In this document: piece by piece, positions 28,490-40,176 of the stretch
How positions within the stretch are numbered: position 1 is the stretch's first letter
Layout: each line of letters begins with the position of its first letter
Assembly: GCA_964016885.1 (NCBI GenBank)
Contig: OZ024740.1
Coordinates: 225,122,001 to 225,186,000 of the forward strand
From: Eledone cirrhosa
Lineage: Eukaryota
Direction: 5' to 3'
DNA: 64,000 bases
Notes under the pieces: generated by a model
Database searches by the model: none
Seen by the model: the letters and a program-made list of their open reading frames with translations, nothing else
What the model was told of the DNA's origin: nothing
Translations under genes and position numbers: made by a program

Positions 28490-28551
28490 GACAACTTAAG
28501 GGATGAGGAGGGGAAGCTATGCGCATAACAGATTGCATTACACTATTGACA
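27857..28551. repeat. Inverted repeat (arms ~27857-27980 and ~28389-28551) bracketing a truncated RTE
   Basis: gtcaatagtgtaat..tatgcacatagcttccctcctc..ttgtgttgaaacagtat vs atactgtttcaacacaa..gaggagggga agctatgcgcata..attacactattgac. Confidence 0.85.
28008..28388 (+). mobile_element. RTE subfamily A 3' end (5'-truncated)
   Basis: tacagaagacccgccttgcc...ggaagatagacgttaaacgatgatg; matches 49850-50262. Confidence 0.92.
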
Positions 28552-28559
28552 ACAGGTCA

Positions 28560-28805
28560 TTAGTTTCATTTGTTTCATTATAATTTTTTTTACCCTCTAA
28601 AAAAATTTTTTTCTCCCTTTTTTCCTCAAATTTTACTGTCTTTCCACCACTCCCTCCCACCCCCTTGGAACACTCTTTTCCTACCCACTTTTCTCCTAAT
28701 GAAGGGCTTATGCCCGAAACGTCGTCCACCCCACTCTCAAGCATGAATCTAATATTAACACTTTGTACTGTCTCTTTGCTTTGTTTTTGTTTGTTTTCTG
28801 TTTTA

Positions 28806-28810
<5 letters not shown>
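28560..28810 (+). mobile_element. PLE pLTR fragment (same family as 25545-25700) with degenerate hammerhead CTAATGA-A-GGGC-TTAT-GCCC-GAAACGTC at 28696-28723
   Basis: Homology gaagggcttatgcc.gaaa..ccccactctcaa..gcatgaa.ctaata. Confidence 0.75.
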
Positions 28811-28837
<27 letters not shown>

Positions 28838-28844
28838 GTATACC

Positions 28845-29155
28845 CATGATGGATTTTCACATGGAAAATTCCCCCTCTGAGGCACAAGTCTGGTCAAGTT
28901 TGTTTGTGGAAGATGAGCAGGTCCCGATGCATACCAGTCTCCACTCTTCATGCAACCAATGTTGTCCAAGGGAAAGACAAATGCCGATACAACTTGGTAC
29001 CAGTGACGTTGCAACACATTTCTTCAGCTGAGGGAATTGGAGCAATGTGAAATAAAGTATCTTGCTCAAGGACACAACACACTTCTCAGTTCGGAATTGA
29101 ACTCATAGACTCATGATTGTAATCCCAAAGCTCTAATCACTGAGCCATCACCTCA
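28845..29155 (-). mobile_element. SINE related to family B with a different tail
   Basis: ggagcaatgtgaaataaagtatcttgctcaagga...ctctaatcactgagccat. Confidence 0.75.
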
Positions 29156-31743
29156 CTATGAAAATTTAGTTAGGAACCCTTTAAATGGGTGGAATTATTC
29201 CAATGATACATACTTTACTGATTTTCTTCAGATCGTTGTATGATGAAGATGTACTCGACAGATTTTAACTTAACAGATAAAAGATTAACAAACTACTATC
29301 AGATATTTCATGCTTTTTTGCAACTCAAAATAAAACTAACTGGATTGGGATTCAGTAATTAGAAACTATCAGCTTATCTTCCAATTGCACCCAAATACTC
29401 CTATTGTAAATTAAGTTAATAATATCGTAATTATCAAGAATTATTTTGGAGTATGTGACATTAAAAGTACACCTGGTAAAAGAGAAAAAACTTCAGTATT
29501 TTGCAACCAAATGTAGACAATATGGATTTTAAAACAACTCTTCTCTCTGGCCAAGCATGTGACAACCTATCTAGTGCATGTACATTGATGTTATGTACCC
29601 AGTGCACTTTATAAAGTATTTGGATTTAGGAAGGGCATCCCACCATAGAAATCATGCCACATATGAAACATGAGTAAGATGATATTGTTCTGACCTATGC
29701 AGCACATGACAACACGAGAAGCAGATGTAAAATGATGATGATGATGAAACATGTGTACATGTGTAGTAATAATAGTTTCTGATTTAGGCACAAGTCCAAC
29801 AATATTGAGGGAGGGGTAAATTGATTGACTTGACCCGGTGCATCACTGGTACTGTTATCAACACCGTAAGTATGAAAGGCAAAGCTAACCTTGCCGGTAT
29901 TTTCACTCATAATGTAAATCACTGTAACTATATGCTACTTTACACTCTACCGATAATGGTAATCCACCTCGCTCACATGTATAGCAATAATAAGATTTGT
30001 ACAAACATGTAGCAACAAATATAAAAATAATAATCAGAAATAATTTTTCAATAAATTTTGATGCCATCATCATCATCATTGTTTCATGTCCATTTTTCTA
30101 TGCTAGCAGGGGTTAAACAAGTTGTCCGGTTATGAGCAATGCCAGGTCAGGTAACTGTACCTTGTCCTTACAGAACTGATTTAACTTGATTTCTACAGCT
30201 CGATGCCCTTCCTAATGCCAAGAGATACAACATATTGTACTTAGTGATTACCTCATATCTACTTCAGCTTTAGAGTGAAAATTATGCTTTGTTTTGCCTG
30301 TACTTGTTGAAAGAATGAAATTAATACTAGTCATGCTAATGCTATCTTTTCCTCACCACATAACTATTTCTACTTACGTTTTTTATGCTCGCTGCAATAA
30401 ATATGTTTGTTCTAGCTTTGTGTTTTATAAGGGTATTGTCTCTTCAGTGGTTTATTTTCAAGATTAAAGGTATCACTCTTTAATAGGACAATACATATAT
30501 TTTTCCAAAACATAATAATGCCTACAGGCTAAAATTCACAACAAGGACACTGATGCCTTGTTGAAAATAATGCACCAGGTAAAATGAAAAAAGAAAAGTT
30601 CAGAGAATATGTTATATTACTGTTTGCTGTCACAATTAATTTCAATAAATTGCTGACAACTTATCACAGGAAATGAATTAAACTGTTCTCTTCTTGTCTT
30701 TTTCATATAATTTCAATTTCCGCTTAATGTTATAATAGATATATCTAAATGTAATGAATTATCATTCTTAATGAGTTTTTAGAGTATCAGCATTGCCAAA
30801 TATACACCTTAAATTAATTAGTAAAATTCACTGCTTATATGATCAAATAGAAAGGTTTCTGCTCAGATGGAAATATTTCATTAGTTAGCTGTTCCAATTC
30901 ACAGAGTCTCAGAGATCATCCAATTTCTTAAATATATTATCTAGACAGACAAGTATACTCTGGAATGTTGCCACACTTATTTCATAAACCATTTGGAATT
31001 GAAGAAATTTATTAATAGAAGAATTTTAAGTCTTTTAAGAAAATTATTTATTAGGATGAAGCATTTACAGTTATATTCATCCATCACATATAGTAATTAA
31101 ATAGTGATGTTTATCAGTACAGAGAATATTGAATATTTTCCTGTTAAATTAATATATGCATTTATAGTAGAGATACAACATTAGCTTGGTTCATAAATTT
31201 GGTGATTATCTTTGTCAACCAGCCTTCTATTACTTGATTGTATTTCATAGCAACTTGATAAATTCCTTCTCATCGCCATTAATTTATTATCTGCATTTTC
31301 GTGAGAGGCTTTATACTACCTGCAAAATGGCACTTTATTTCATTTGTCTGCATTTCTTCCTATAATGCATTTTCTCATCTCTAAGGCTTAGCTTTTTAAG
31401 TTCTGATATACTTAGCTTATCCCAGTGCTTTACCTAATTCTTCCTTATCTATCTTCTATTGACAACTCACAACCCCGACTATTGGATTGTAGAAAACTTT
31501 ACTTCAATCTAATAATGCTAATGAAGGAATCTTTGTATGTTCATCGCTTGACCTGCAAGAATAATAACCAATGGTTCCTCAAATCACGTCTTGCCCATCT
31601 TATAAAACCAAAAAAACACAGTGGATGGATAATGTAGCCCAAGAGACAATGTGTCTGAAAATAACAGCAGAATAATAATGGCTGCCCAAGAGAAGATTAG
31701 CTGGGGATAAACAACAACTAGATCATGATACATTATTCATTAT

Positions 31744-31930
31744 GGCAGTGCATTGGCAGTATCGGTAGAGGGTTGGACGCTATGCTTTCCAGCGTAGTTA
31801 CGTCCCTTTACGATCTGAGTTCAAATCCCGCCTAGGTTAACTTTGCCTTTCATCCTTACGGGGTCGATAAAATAAAGTACCAGTAATGCACTGGGTAATT
31901 GCTGGCCTTGTGCCTAAAATAGAAACAATT
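31744..31930 (+). mobile_element. SINE family A, full length, 12-bp TSD attattcattat
   Basis: A box tggcagtatcgg, B box gagttcaaatcc, central gcctttcatccttacggggtcgataaaataaagtaccag (Meta/Sauria-SINE-like domain); TSD at 31732-31743 and 31928-31939. Confidence 0.92.
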
Positions 31931-32549
31931 ATTCATTATTTCTGTGTTTTCATTTAAACAGCTGAAAATCAAACATGCTATTGTTTGTTCAAAACCATAA
32001 CCTAAATTTATGTCTACTACTTTTACTCTATATCTATGCCAGAACTAATTTGGAATCCAGCCTTGTTGAGCCAATAGTTAGAAGTACATTGACATTTAAT
32101 CTAACAAGGAAAAGAAATGAAGCATCATTAGTGTACAATATTTTGTTTTACCTTTCCATGAAGTCATCTTGTAGAAACGTAGAACAGTCAGAAATAAAGT
32201 GTCTCACTTAAGTTAATTAACTAAATTAAATAGCTCTGTTAGGTTTATTCTAAAGGAAGTCCAATTTTTTATAACTACATTAGTTCAAGCTGTGTTGATT
32301 GTATCTTCCACTTCAGACTTCCTTTCATATTCGAATCCATTACTAAGTTTCACCATTCTTGAAACTGTTTACCAATTACAACCATTTTATTGCTCCATTT
32401 AACTACACCTTCTTGATTACTAGCTATTTTATGATAGTCAATTAATTTTACTTGTCGAGAAAATTAATTTGGCTGAGAAATCCTTAAGAGAATTTGGTAA
32501 ATTATTACACCAGAAAAGTCTATTTCATTAACAATGAACCAATGAGTGA

Positions 32550-32730
32550 TGTAGTGTGCTGTTGTTTGATCTGCTTGAAACAATAGCCTAATCTTTCTCA
32601 AACCATACTCTACAGTCTGAAATGGTGAAATATGCATTATATAAAAAATATGGGATGATCATGACTAGAATACCTTCGATTGTAGCTCTGCTCCAGCAGA
32701 GCTGGCATGGTATTAAACATAAGACAAAAA
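32550..32730 (+). mobile_element. Old dispersed repeat (SINE-type tail); related copies near 31590-31720 and 41620-41720
   Basis: Shared ggatgatcat..gaat..ttcgat..tagct..gct...ctgg..taaac.aca. Confidence 0.45.
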
Positions 32731-32846
32731 CAGAATTTTTTAAATAAGAGAAATTTTTCAAGATCTAGTACAATCAATATTAATTGGATCTGAAAAATAA
32801 TTCACAATACTTAGAAATGGTCTAAAGTTCATTAATTAATATGACA

Positions 32847-33347
32847 GATTGCAAGGAAAGAAAATTATTTTGGAGTAGAATTATGAAATAAATATATTCT
32901 ATAAAACTTTTTGTAAGGAAAGGTGAAGTTTCCCTTAAATATTCAGCAATGTAAAATTATACAGTATGCTTAAAAGTTGACATCTGTCATATTAATTAAT
33001 TGTTTCTACGTTTGGCACAAGGCCAGCAATTACCCAGTGCATTACTGGTACTTTATTTTATCGACCCCGTAAGGATGAAAGGCAAAGTTAATCCCGCCGA
33101 GGTTAACTTTGCCTTTCATCCTTACGGGGTCGATAAAATAAAGTACCAGTAATGCACTGGGTAATTGCTGGCCTTGTGCCAAACGTAGAAATAATTAATT
33201 AATATGACAGATGTCAACTTTTAAGCATACTGTATAATTTTACATTGCTGAATATTTATGGGAAACTACACCTTTCCTTACAAAAAGTTTTATAGAATAT
33301 ATTTATTTCATAATTGTACTCCAAAATAATTTTCTTTCCTTGCAATC
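32847..33347. repeat. Near-perfect palindrome: 245-bp arms, 11-nt spacer, centred on a truncated SINE A
   Basis: Arms 32847-33091 and 33103-33347 with about 4 mismatches; 19-bp direct repeat at 32831-32849 and 33194-33212. Confidence 0.97.
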
Positions 33348-34959
33348 ATGACAAGGAGGCCAAAAATTACGAAATATGTGTAATAAAAAATGCAATTATG
33401 AAGGAGAATATGTCAATCTGAAATTAACTCCATTTTGAACTGTTAAATATAAGTGGAAGCTAGAGCTAGAATACTTTCTGAGAAGACATTTATTATTATT
33501 GTTTCTTTTCCTTTTTCAATAAGGAATCTTACGATGAAATAAAAGTTGGGCAACATTTATGTGTTCATTTATTTACTTGAGTATTTCAGGATTAGGAAAT
33601 ACTTTGATAAAATACTTAGTGTTTCTTAAAATACCTATCACAGAATCCATATTCCCTTTAATGGAACTTCAATTTGTACTGAAGAATCTGCTAAAAGAAG
33701 GAAGCAATTTCTTTTATTTGACAGATCTGTCATTGCCATAAATTGAATTGATGGATTTTTAGGACAAGTAGCTGAAAGAACAATAAGAGACAAGAAACTT
33801 CACTTAAGTTAAAAAAACGTATTTTTCTCTCTATCAGTGTGAATTATTTTATTTTCAGTTTTGCCTCATGTTTTTCATTTAACTGGAAAAGATAGTATTT
33901 TTTGTTGTTTTATACCTTTATATTAAAGATTAATATAATAATATTTTCCCATTCGCAAATTTCTTTTATTATCACTAGCATGTGTTTATGACTAGGTTTT
34001 AATTTTATAAATCCTTTAACCATTTTACAAACAGAAAAATGTTTCTGTTTTTCAATGCAGTGTGTATAATCATTAAAAATAGAAGAGGTTTTAACATAAG
34101 AAAATCTGTCACTTGTTTATCAAAGTGGAGATAAATGTGAAAAGCTTTGATGAAAAAGGACATTAAGCAATCAATATTGACATATAGACTTAATAGTGCA
34201 AATGGAGATAAGTATTTCCTAAATATTGCATAACTTGAAGAGCATAATTTGTAGATCATGGGATGTACTTGTTATAGAAATATTTCTAGGGTTTGCCACT
34301 AAATTACATCAATATAATATATCAAAATTTCACACATCAAACAAAGTTGTCAAGATGAATGAGAAATGATTAAATTCAATGACGAACATATCGAAATATG
34401 TAGTCAAATGCTTATAAAATAAATGTGGGGAGGAAATATGGATGGTCTGTAAAGTGTGAAGTAAGTAGGATATTTTTACTGTTTAATCAGGATATTTTTA
34501 CTGTTTAAACATGAACTTTTGGTGGGTAAGGAGAGGGTAGAAGAGAGGGGTAAGGAAAATATCCTCAAGCCAGCTACCTAACCCGAATGCTTGCAATAAT
34601 GTAAACTCTGCTAAAGGCACCCAGGACGTTGTGGTGCTGTTAAGTCTATCCCCCTTGAAGAATTTGAACTCAAAATGGAAAGAGCTGGAACAAACACCAA
34701 AAGGCATTTTGTCTGCTGTCTTACAATTTTGCCAATTCACCACCCATGGGTGGTATTTATTTTATCAACTCCGGCTGGATTTAAACTCAGAAGAGAGAAC
34801 TTAAAAAAATCCTACAAGCTACTTTGTCCTATGCTCTAAGGACTGCCAGTTTGCTATCTTGTACCTAGTTATATATAAATGGAGAGAATTAACTTTCTTG
34901 ACTATACACACAATACAAACTGGATGGCAGTGTATAAATTATGCATACACATACATGAA

Positions 34960-35285
34960 TATATTATTATTGTTGTAGTTGTTGACTTTGTTACTACAAC
35001 TGCTATTATTAGTCTTAATTTTATTGTGTCATCGCTGCAGTACCAAGCACGGCTCTGTGACCCTTGGATATGTGCAGTGTTGTTTCTTTTGCATTAAGAT
35101 TATTCTTCATAATATGAAGAGTGCCCAGTAGTGCTATTTTCTATATGCTTGTATGTATTAGTAAGTCAATGGGTTTGGGTTATGTATCTGTCTGCATGTG
35201 TTTTTGATAATTCCCAGGGAACCTATTACTATAGGGGTTGCTTCTGTTTACATTATCCACATTCAGGTTATTTCTATCTCTAGAA
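34960..35285 (-). mobile_element. R4/Dong-clade LINE 3' end (RLE C-terminus), decayed
   Basis: LEIEIT*MWIM*TEATPIVIGSLGIIK...KIALLGTLHIMK. Confidence 0.7.
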
Positions 35286-35454
35286 AGAATTGTTAAATGA
35301 TTGGGAAAACTGCCTTATGGTGTTTTTTCCATCTCTTTATGTGCTGAGTTGAAATCCCTACATGATCAAGTTTGCCTTTCATCCAGGGTTGATAAAATAA
35401 AGTATCTATCAAATACTGGGGTCAATATAATCGACTCTCCTTTCCTTACAAATT

Positions 35455-36035
35455 ACAGGCCTTGTTTTGCATCACCAGTCTGGAACCCCTATCTTGCTCA
35501 GAACATTGACCGCCTGGAAACTGCTCAGAGACATGCAACCAAGTGAATACTCTCCATCAGGCATCTACCATACTCTGAACGCCTTGCTTCTCTGGGCATG
35601 GATATATTGAAGCACGTCAGGCAACTGACTTGATAAACACCCACAAAATTACTAACCATCTTGCCAACAACAACCCTGAGTACCTTTTTGATTTCCATGT
35701 GTCTAACACACGTGGGCATGCCAACAAAGTCAGAAAACAGCACAGTTCCCATGACTTTCAGAAACACTTTTTCATGCTAAGAGTTGCTGAAGCATGGAAC
35801 AAACTATATGCATCAGTTGTTAGCTGCCAAGACACTGCATCCTTTAAAACCTCCATGCTTCCTGAGATTCGCCAACACTATACCTAATATTACCCCTCCA
35901 TAAACATACACACATGTATATCATGACTCATACACTATTCACTTCCCTGACATTTGTATATTATTCTATGTACTATACATGCACCTTTGATGAGTTGTAG
36001 TGCACCTGAGCACTGTACACAATAATTTCATTATT
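35455..36035 (+). mobile_element. CR1-clade LINE 3' end
   Basis: FASPVWNPYL..NIDRLE.AQRHATK..LPYSERL..LG; NTRGH..K....FF..RV.EAWNKL..SVV....SFK; (TTA) tail. Confidence 0.88.
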
Positions 36036-36264
36036 AAAGGCATCAGCAAAAAAAAAATGTTATCACTTTACCAACTTTCTACTCATTTTAACAAGCATGA
36101 TGCACAAGCTGTCTATCTCAAAGAATCTACCTTTTTGATTTTAAAGTATACTTTGATTTAAAACCCCAAATAGTTGGTTGTTTCATTCTTTTGTTTAAAT
36201 GATATATTGATTTGATTTGATCTTTCCTGATATAGAACTCTGGGGATTATTCTCTCCTTTATTC

Positions 36265-36590
36265 CTGATTAACCTTTTGAACTATGATCTCTGTTACATG
36301 TCTGGTTCTCAAAAGTGGATACCTACATGAGTATCCATGAAAAAGAAAACTGTTTGTCAGTTAAACTTTTAAAAAGATAATACATGTACACACTTAACAA
36401 GAATCATGTCAATTCCTTACTAAAGAACTCAGGCTGCAACAACAAGGTAAAACGATCAATGATTCATGCAGAAAGAGGTATCAATAATAGTAGTAAACAG
36501 ACATATGTAGCAAATCAGAATGCTAGGCTTCAGGATATAACCAAATATCTTAGTACCAGCATGTTCAAATTGCCAACACATAGAAAAGCA
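36265..36590. mobile_element. Old MITE-like repeat; second copy at 47735-48030
   Basis: Shared ggatacctacatga.tatc..tgaaaa, aaagaa.tcag, tcatgcagaaa, tagtaaacaga, caggatata. Confidence 0.55.
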
Positions 36591-37818
36591 TAGTTTTCTA
36601 TGAATGTGTCATTGCTTTCTAGGAATGTTATCCTGAAGGTCTATAACATTTCCTTCTCCAGACAGAACATCCTGATGGATTTATAGAAGGAAAAAAGTTA
36701 GCAACTTAAAAGAATTACAGGTAGTTAAATGAGGAAATTGACATCACATCATTGAGTAGTCAAGCTATAAGCATACATTTATTATGTATTACTTGGCACT
36801 TTGATAAATAAAATGACAGATATTTATTAAGCTGCTAATTGAATAACCAAACAGTAGTGCTTAAAACTTATCAAATGTTCTAATACTTTCACTAACATTT
36901 AGTAAGAAATAATCTAATACAGACAATCAACAAGTACAAATAGCAGCTGATAGTAAGAAGTTTAGTAGAAAGATATTACGAATGGTGATGATGATACCTA
37001 AAATTGATGACAGAAATGTTTATGGTGACAGCAACAAATGTAATTGGTAAAAAATACAAACCAAGAAAAAACAAAAAACAATTTCAATCATAATTACATT
37101 TATAAATTTTCTGAAGAAATACACAAAGAGCAATGTTTTCTCATAGCTCTGGGTTATTGAAATAAAATAAATCCAATCTTGATTCACGCAGATAGCAATA
37201 CGTCAACTAATTAAGAACAAGAACAAAAATAAACACATAAATATGAAAAAAACAACATATATAAAAAATGATATTCTTTCAGAAGAAATGCTTTTCATTT
37301 GCTAAAAAATATTCTAATTTTTTGTCTTTTTGTCTGTAATTTTTACTTTAGATATATATTTCAGCTCTTTGCTTAATATATCTTTTTTTTTGTATGATAG
37401 TATTTTTCGGGTTGGCTGATTGTTTTCCTTTTTTTAGATGGGAGAATATTTATGTTACCATAGCTGGCAGAATCTTCTATTTCGCCAGAAGATATTCTCC
37501 TAAATCTTTCTAATATAAAAATGTCATTGAATAGCTTACTGCATTACACTATTTTATCCTTGTTTTAAAATAATTTGAAGCTGAGAAGAACAAATACAAC
37601 GGCAATTGTTATATATTTTACAATGTTTTGTAGCAAACGTCATTTATATATCTAATATCCACAAATGGACACAGTTTTATTAACTGTTCTTTGGTGCATA
37701 TTCTGTAATTTACATTATGTAGGGATTTCAACCAAGAATACTTCATTCTAACTATATGTATACTATATACATACACACACATACATACATACATTTATAT
37801 ATATATATATATATATAG

Positions 37819-37960
37819 TCACTAACGGTATTACCAAAAGCGTCTCTAGTAGAATTTCAGGACTATCTTCCAATGAAGATACCTTTAATAAGATCTCGAA
37901 TTACTATAATAGCGCCCTGGAATGCGCGGGGCATAGCGAGGGAATCTCATTCAAACGTCC
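37819..37960 (+). mobile_element. Penelope-like element RT thumb fragment
   Basis: ITKSVSSRISGLSSNEDTFNKISNYYNSALECAGH (cf. SI.RRLS.LSSNE..F......Y..AL..SGY); follows (TA)n. Confidence 0.7.
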
Positions 37961-38163
37961 ATTAAATAGTAGAAGCAACATTGCCTACGATAGCTTAATG
38001 CGATGAAATACCCATGATCGTTTGGTAAATCACTGATGAGGGACTCATTTTATAATATGTTATCCATGTGCAACCAGCAGTATTCTTCTCACCCATATTT
38101 TTCATATATATATATAAGTGCCGTACTAAGAGTGAGAAATGATATTTCGTTTCATTCTATTCC

Positions 38164-38199
<36 letters not shown>

Positions 38200-38204
<5 letters not shown>

Positions 38205-38386
38205 GGAACGAGTAGGTCCCCGACGGCTGAGCTCAAGCTGTTTTGACGGCTAATTCTGGACTAGCCAACGGCTAATTCAGAATTAGCCGTCGAAGCCTCG
38301 TTCCTATTACCCACTCTACTACACTAAGTATTGAGTATTCTGGTGCGTTTTGATCCATCTGGTTCCTTAACACATTTCCTTCGTTA
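38200..38386. repeat. Short insert in (TA)n with nested inverted repeats
   Basis: ataggaacgag...ctcgttcctat; gacggctaattctg / cagaattagccgtc. Confidence 0.7.
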
Positions 38387-38411
38387 TATATATATATATA
38401 TATATATATAA

Positions 38412-39980
38412 CACATAAACAGAGAAAGCCTTAAGCGATACTCCGACCAATTCCATCTCACTCAACAAATATTAGGATATGACCTCAGTGTAAGCGGTAC
38501 AGAGCTCTTCCCTCATCACCTCCACAGTCTCCATTCTCACCTCCATAGGATCAGCATAGAATTGGTCCTTGGCAGCTTTCAGGTGTTCTCTGGCTGCACA
38601 CACTTTTGGGTTTGCAGATCTGACGTGCGTACTTGTGTTCTTTTTCCTCGCCACCAGGGTTTCACTTGCTTCCGCCACTGCATTGGTGAAGTGCCCGTAC
38701 CTTCTCGTCACACTCTCATCAGTCCATCCAATCTCTCTCTCCTCTGTCTCTCACACAGCACTGAACCTGTTCCTCACTTCCACTGTGAACCTCTCCTGTA
38801 GCTTATCCTCTTCCTTGAAAGCTCCCCAGTCAGATTGCTCTCCGGGGCTGAGCCTTGCTCTTTCTTAAGCTCACCAGGACCTTACTCATAACAAGCCGGT
38901 GGTCACAACCCAGTGTACTGAAATAGTTGTATGGTTCTCACCAGAATTAAATCAATCTGGGACTTGGACAGGTGCATATCTGAGATGTAGGTCCACATCT
39001 TCCCCAGATTCTTCCTAAACCTTAGGTTGGTCGCTATCAAGTTCGCTTCCAGCAGGGTATCTCTCAGTAGTCTTCCATTTTGGTTGGTGTTGTTATGGAA
39101 GTACCAGCAAGGATCTTCACTGCCCTCCTTACTCAGATGTGCATTGAAGTCCCCCAAAACAAGCAGGATGTTGTGTGCTTGTGTGGTGTTGACAGCTCTA
39201 CACACCTCCTCAGGGAACCCTTCCGCACTCACATCACTGTCTCCCTCGTTTGGACTATAGTCTGAGATGACTCGCAGTCTTGGGTTTCCATTGAAGGTCA
39301 CCCTCAACACTCGTGGGGAGACAGGCATTATTTCCCTCACCAATAGACTGGTTTTTGTGCTGAAAACAAAACCCACTCCTCCCACTGCAGCATTGGTCAT
39401 GTTCCTCACTGCTGATGTGGTGATGAGCTGGCTCCTCTTCCCAATCATCACAGTCCTCACGGGCTCATCATGTAGGATCCTGTGTTCTTGGATCGCAAGT
39501 ATCTGTATACCACTCTACTCGAACAGATGTCCCAACTCCTCTCTCTTCTCCAGCGTCCGAATAGTCCTCACATTCAAAGTGCCCATGTTGATGGCTCTTC
39601 TGCAGGACAAAACTACATTCTCTATATTTGTCTCAGAGACAGCTGATCCATCATCCACTGGCCCTCTCTGTGGCTCTAAGCCAGCAGAGTCATAACGACC
39701 AGACTACTCCTTGACAGTGTAATTAGGGGCTCTAACAGTAGTGCTGCTAGATCGACTCTCCATATTTCTTTTCAATGGCTGACAATACCTTACTGGCGCC
39801 ACTCGAATAAGGTAGTTATTTAAACCATAAATGGGATCCTAACAGGTACTACTACTCCTGGCCAGAGCAGACCTGGGAGTTATGACAACTAAGGGGTAAC
39901 TCCACATTCTCCACAGCTCCTGAACTCCAAAACTGGAGCCTTGCCACTGGATGTAGGTTAATGTCATACCCAGGACATTA
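38412..39980 (-). mobile_element. RTE-type LINE 5' half (apurinic endonuclease domain plus 5' UTR), 3'-truncated
   Basis: GTLNVRT..ILAIQEHR..GGVGF..FNGNP..ISDYSPN..LGDFNAH..TNQNGRLL..SQIDLILV. Confidence 0.88.
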
Positions 39981-39997
39981 TATTATATATATATATA

Positions 39998-40048
39998 CCA
40001 AACCCATGCAAGCGTGGAAGATGGATGTTAAACGATGATGATGATGAT
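39998..40048 (+). mobile_element. 50-bp extreme 3' end of RTE subfamily A inserted in (TA)n
   Basis: ccaaacccatgcaagcgtggaagatggatgttaaacgatgatg, nearly identical to 50206-50250. Confidence 0.85.
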
Positions 40049-40062
40049 ACATATATATACAT

Positions 40063-40093
<31 letters not shown>

Positions 40094-40137
40094 CATTATA
40101 TTATATATATATAATATATATATTATATATATATATA

Positions 40138-40171
<34 letters not shown>

Positions 40172-40176
<5 letters not shown>

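Noticed and set aside
31185-32380. Short minus-strand frames after AG acceptors (YKASHENADNK..., SRMVKLSNGFEYERK...)
   Set aside because: No recognisable homology or linked exons; similar candidates at ~2170, ~9940, ~29230 and ~63450 are equally unsupported
32847-33347. Palindromes as pure assembly artefacts
   Set aside because: Arms here and at 15.4, 27.9 and 58.9 kb carry substitutions or indels, and this one has a TSD; only the perfect ones (43.7 and 58.4 kb) remain open to that explanation
38030-38075. CTGATGAG near a PLE fragment (also CTGATGA at ~2272, ~17168, ~24849, ~57801)
   Set aside because: No properly placed GAAA or closing stems; 38034 could be a decayed hammerhead but is unsupported
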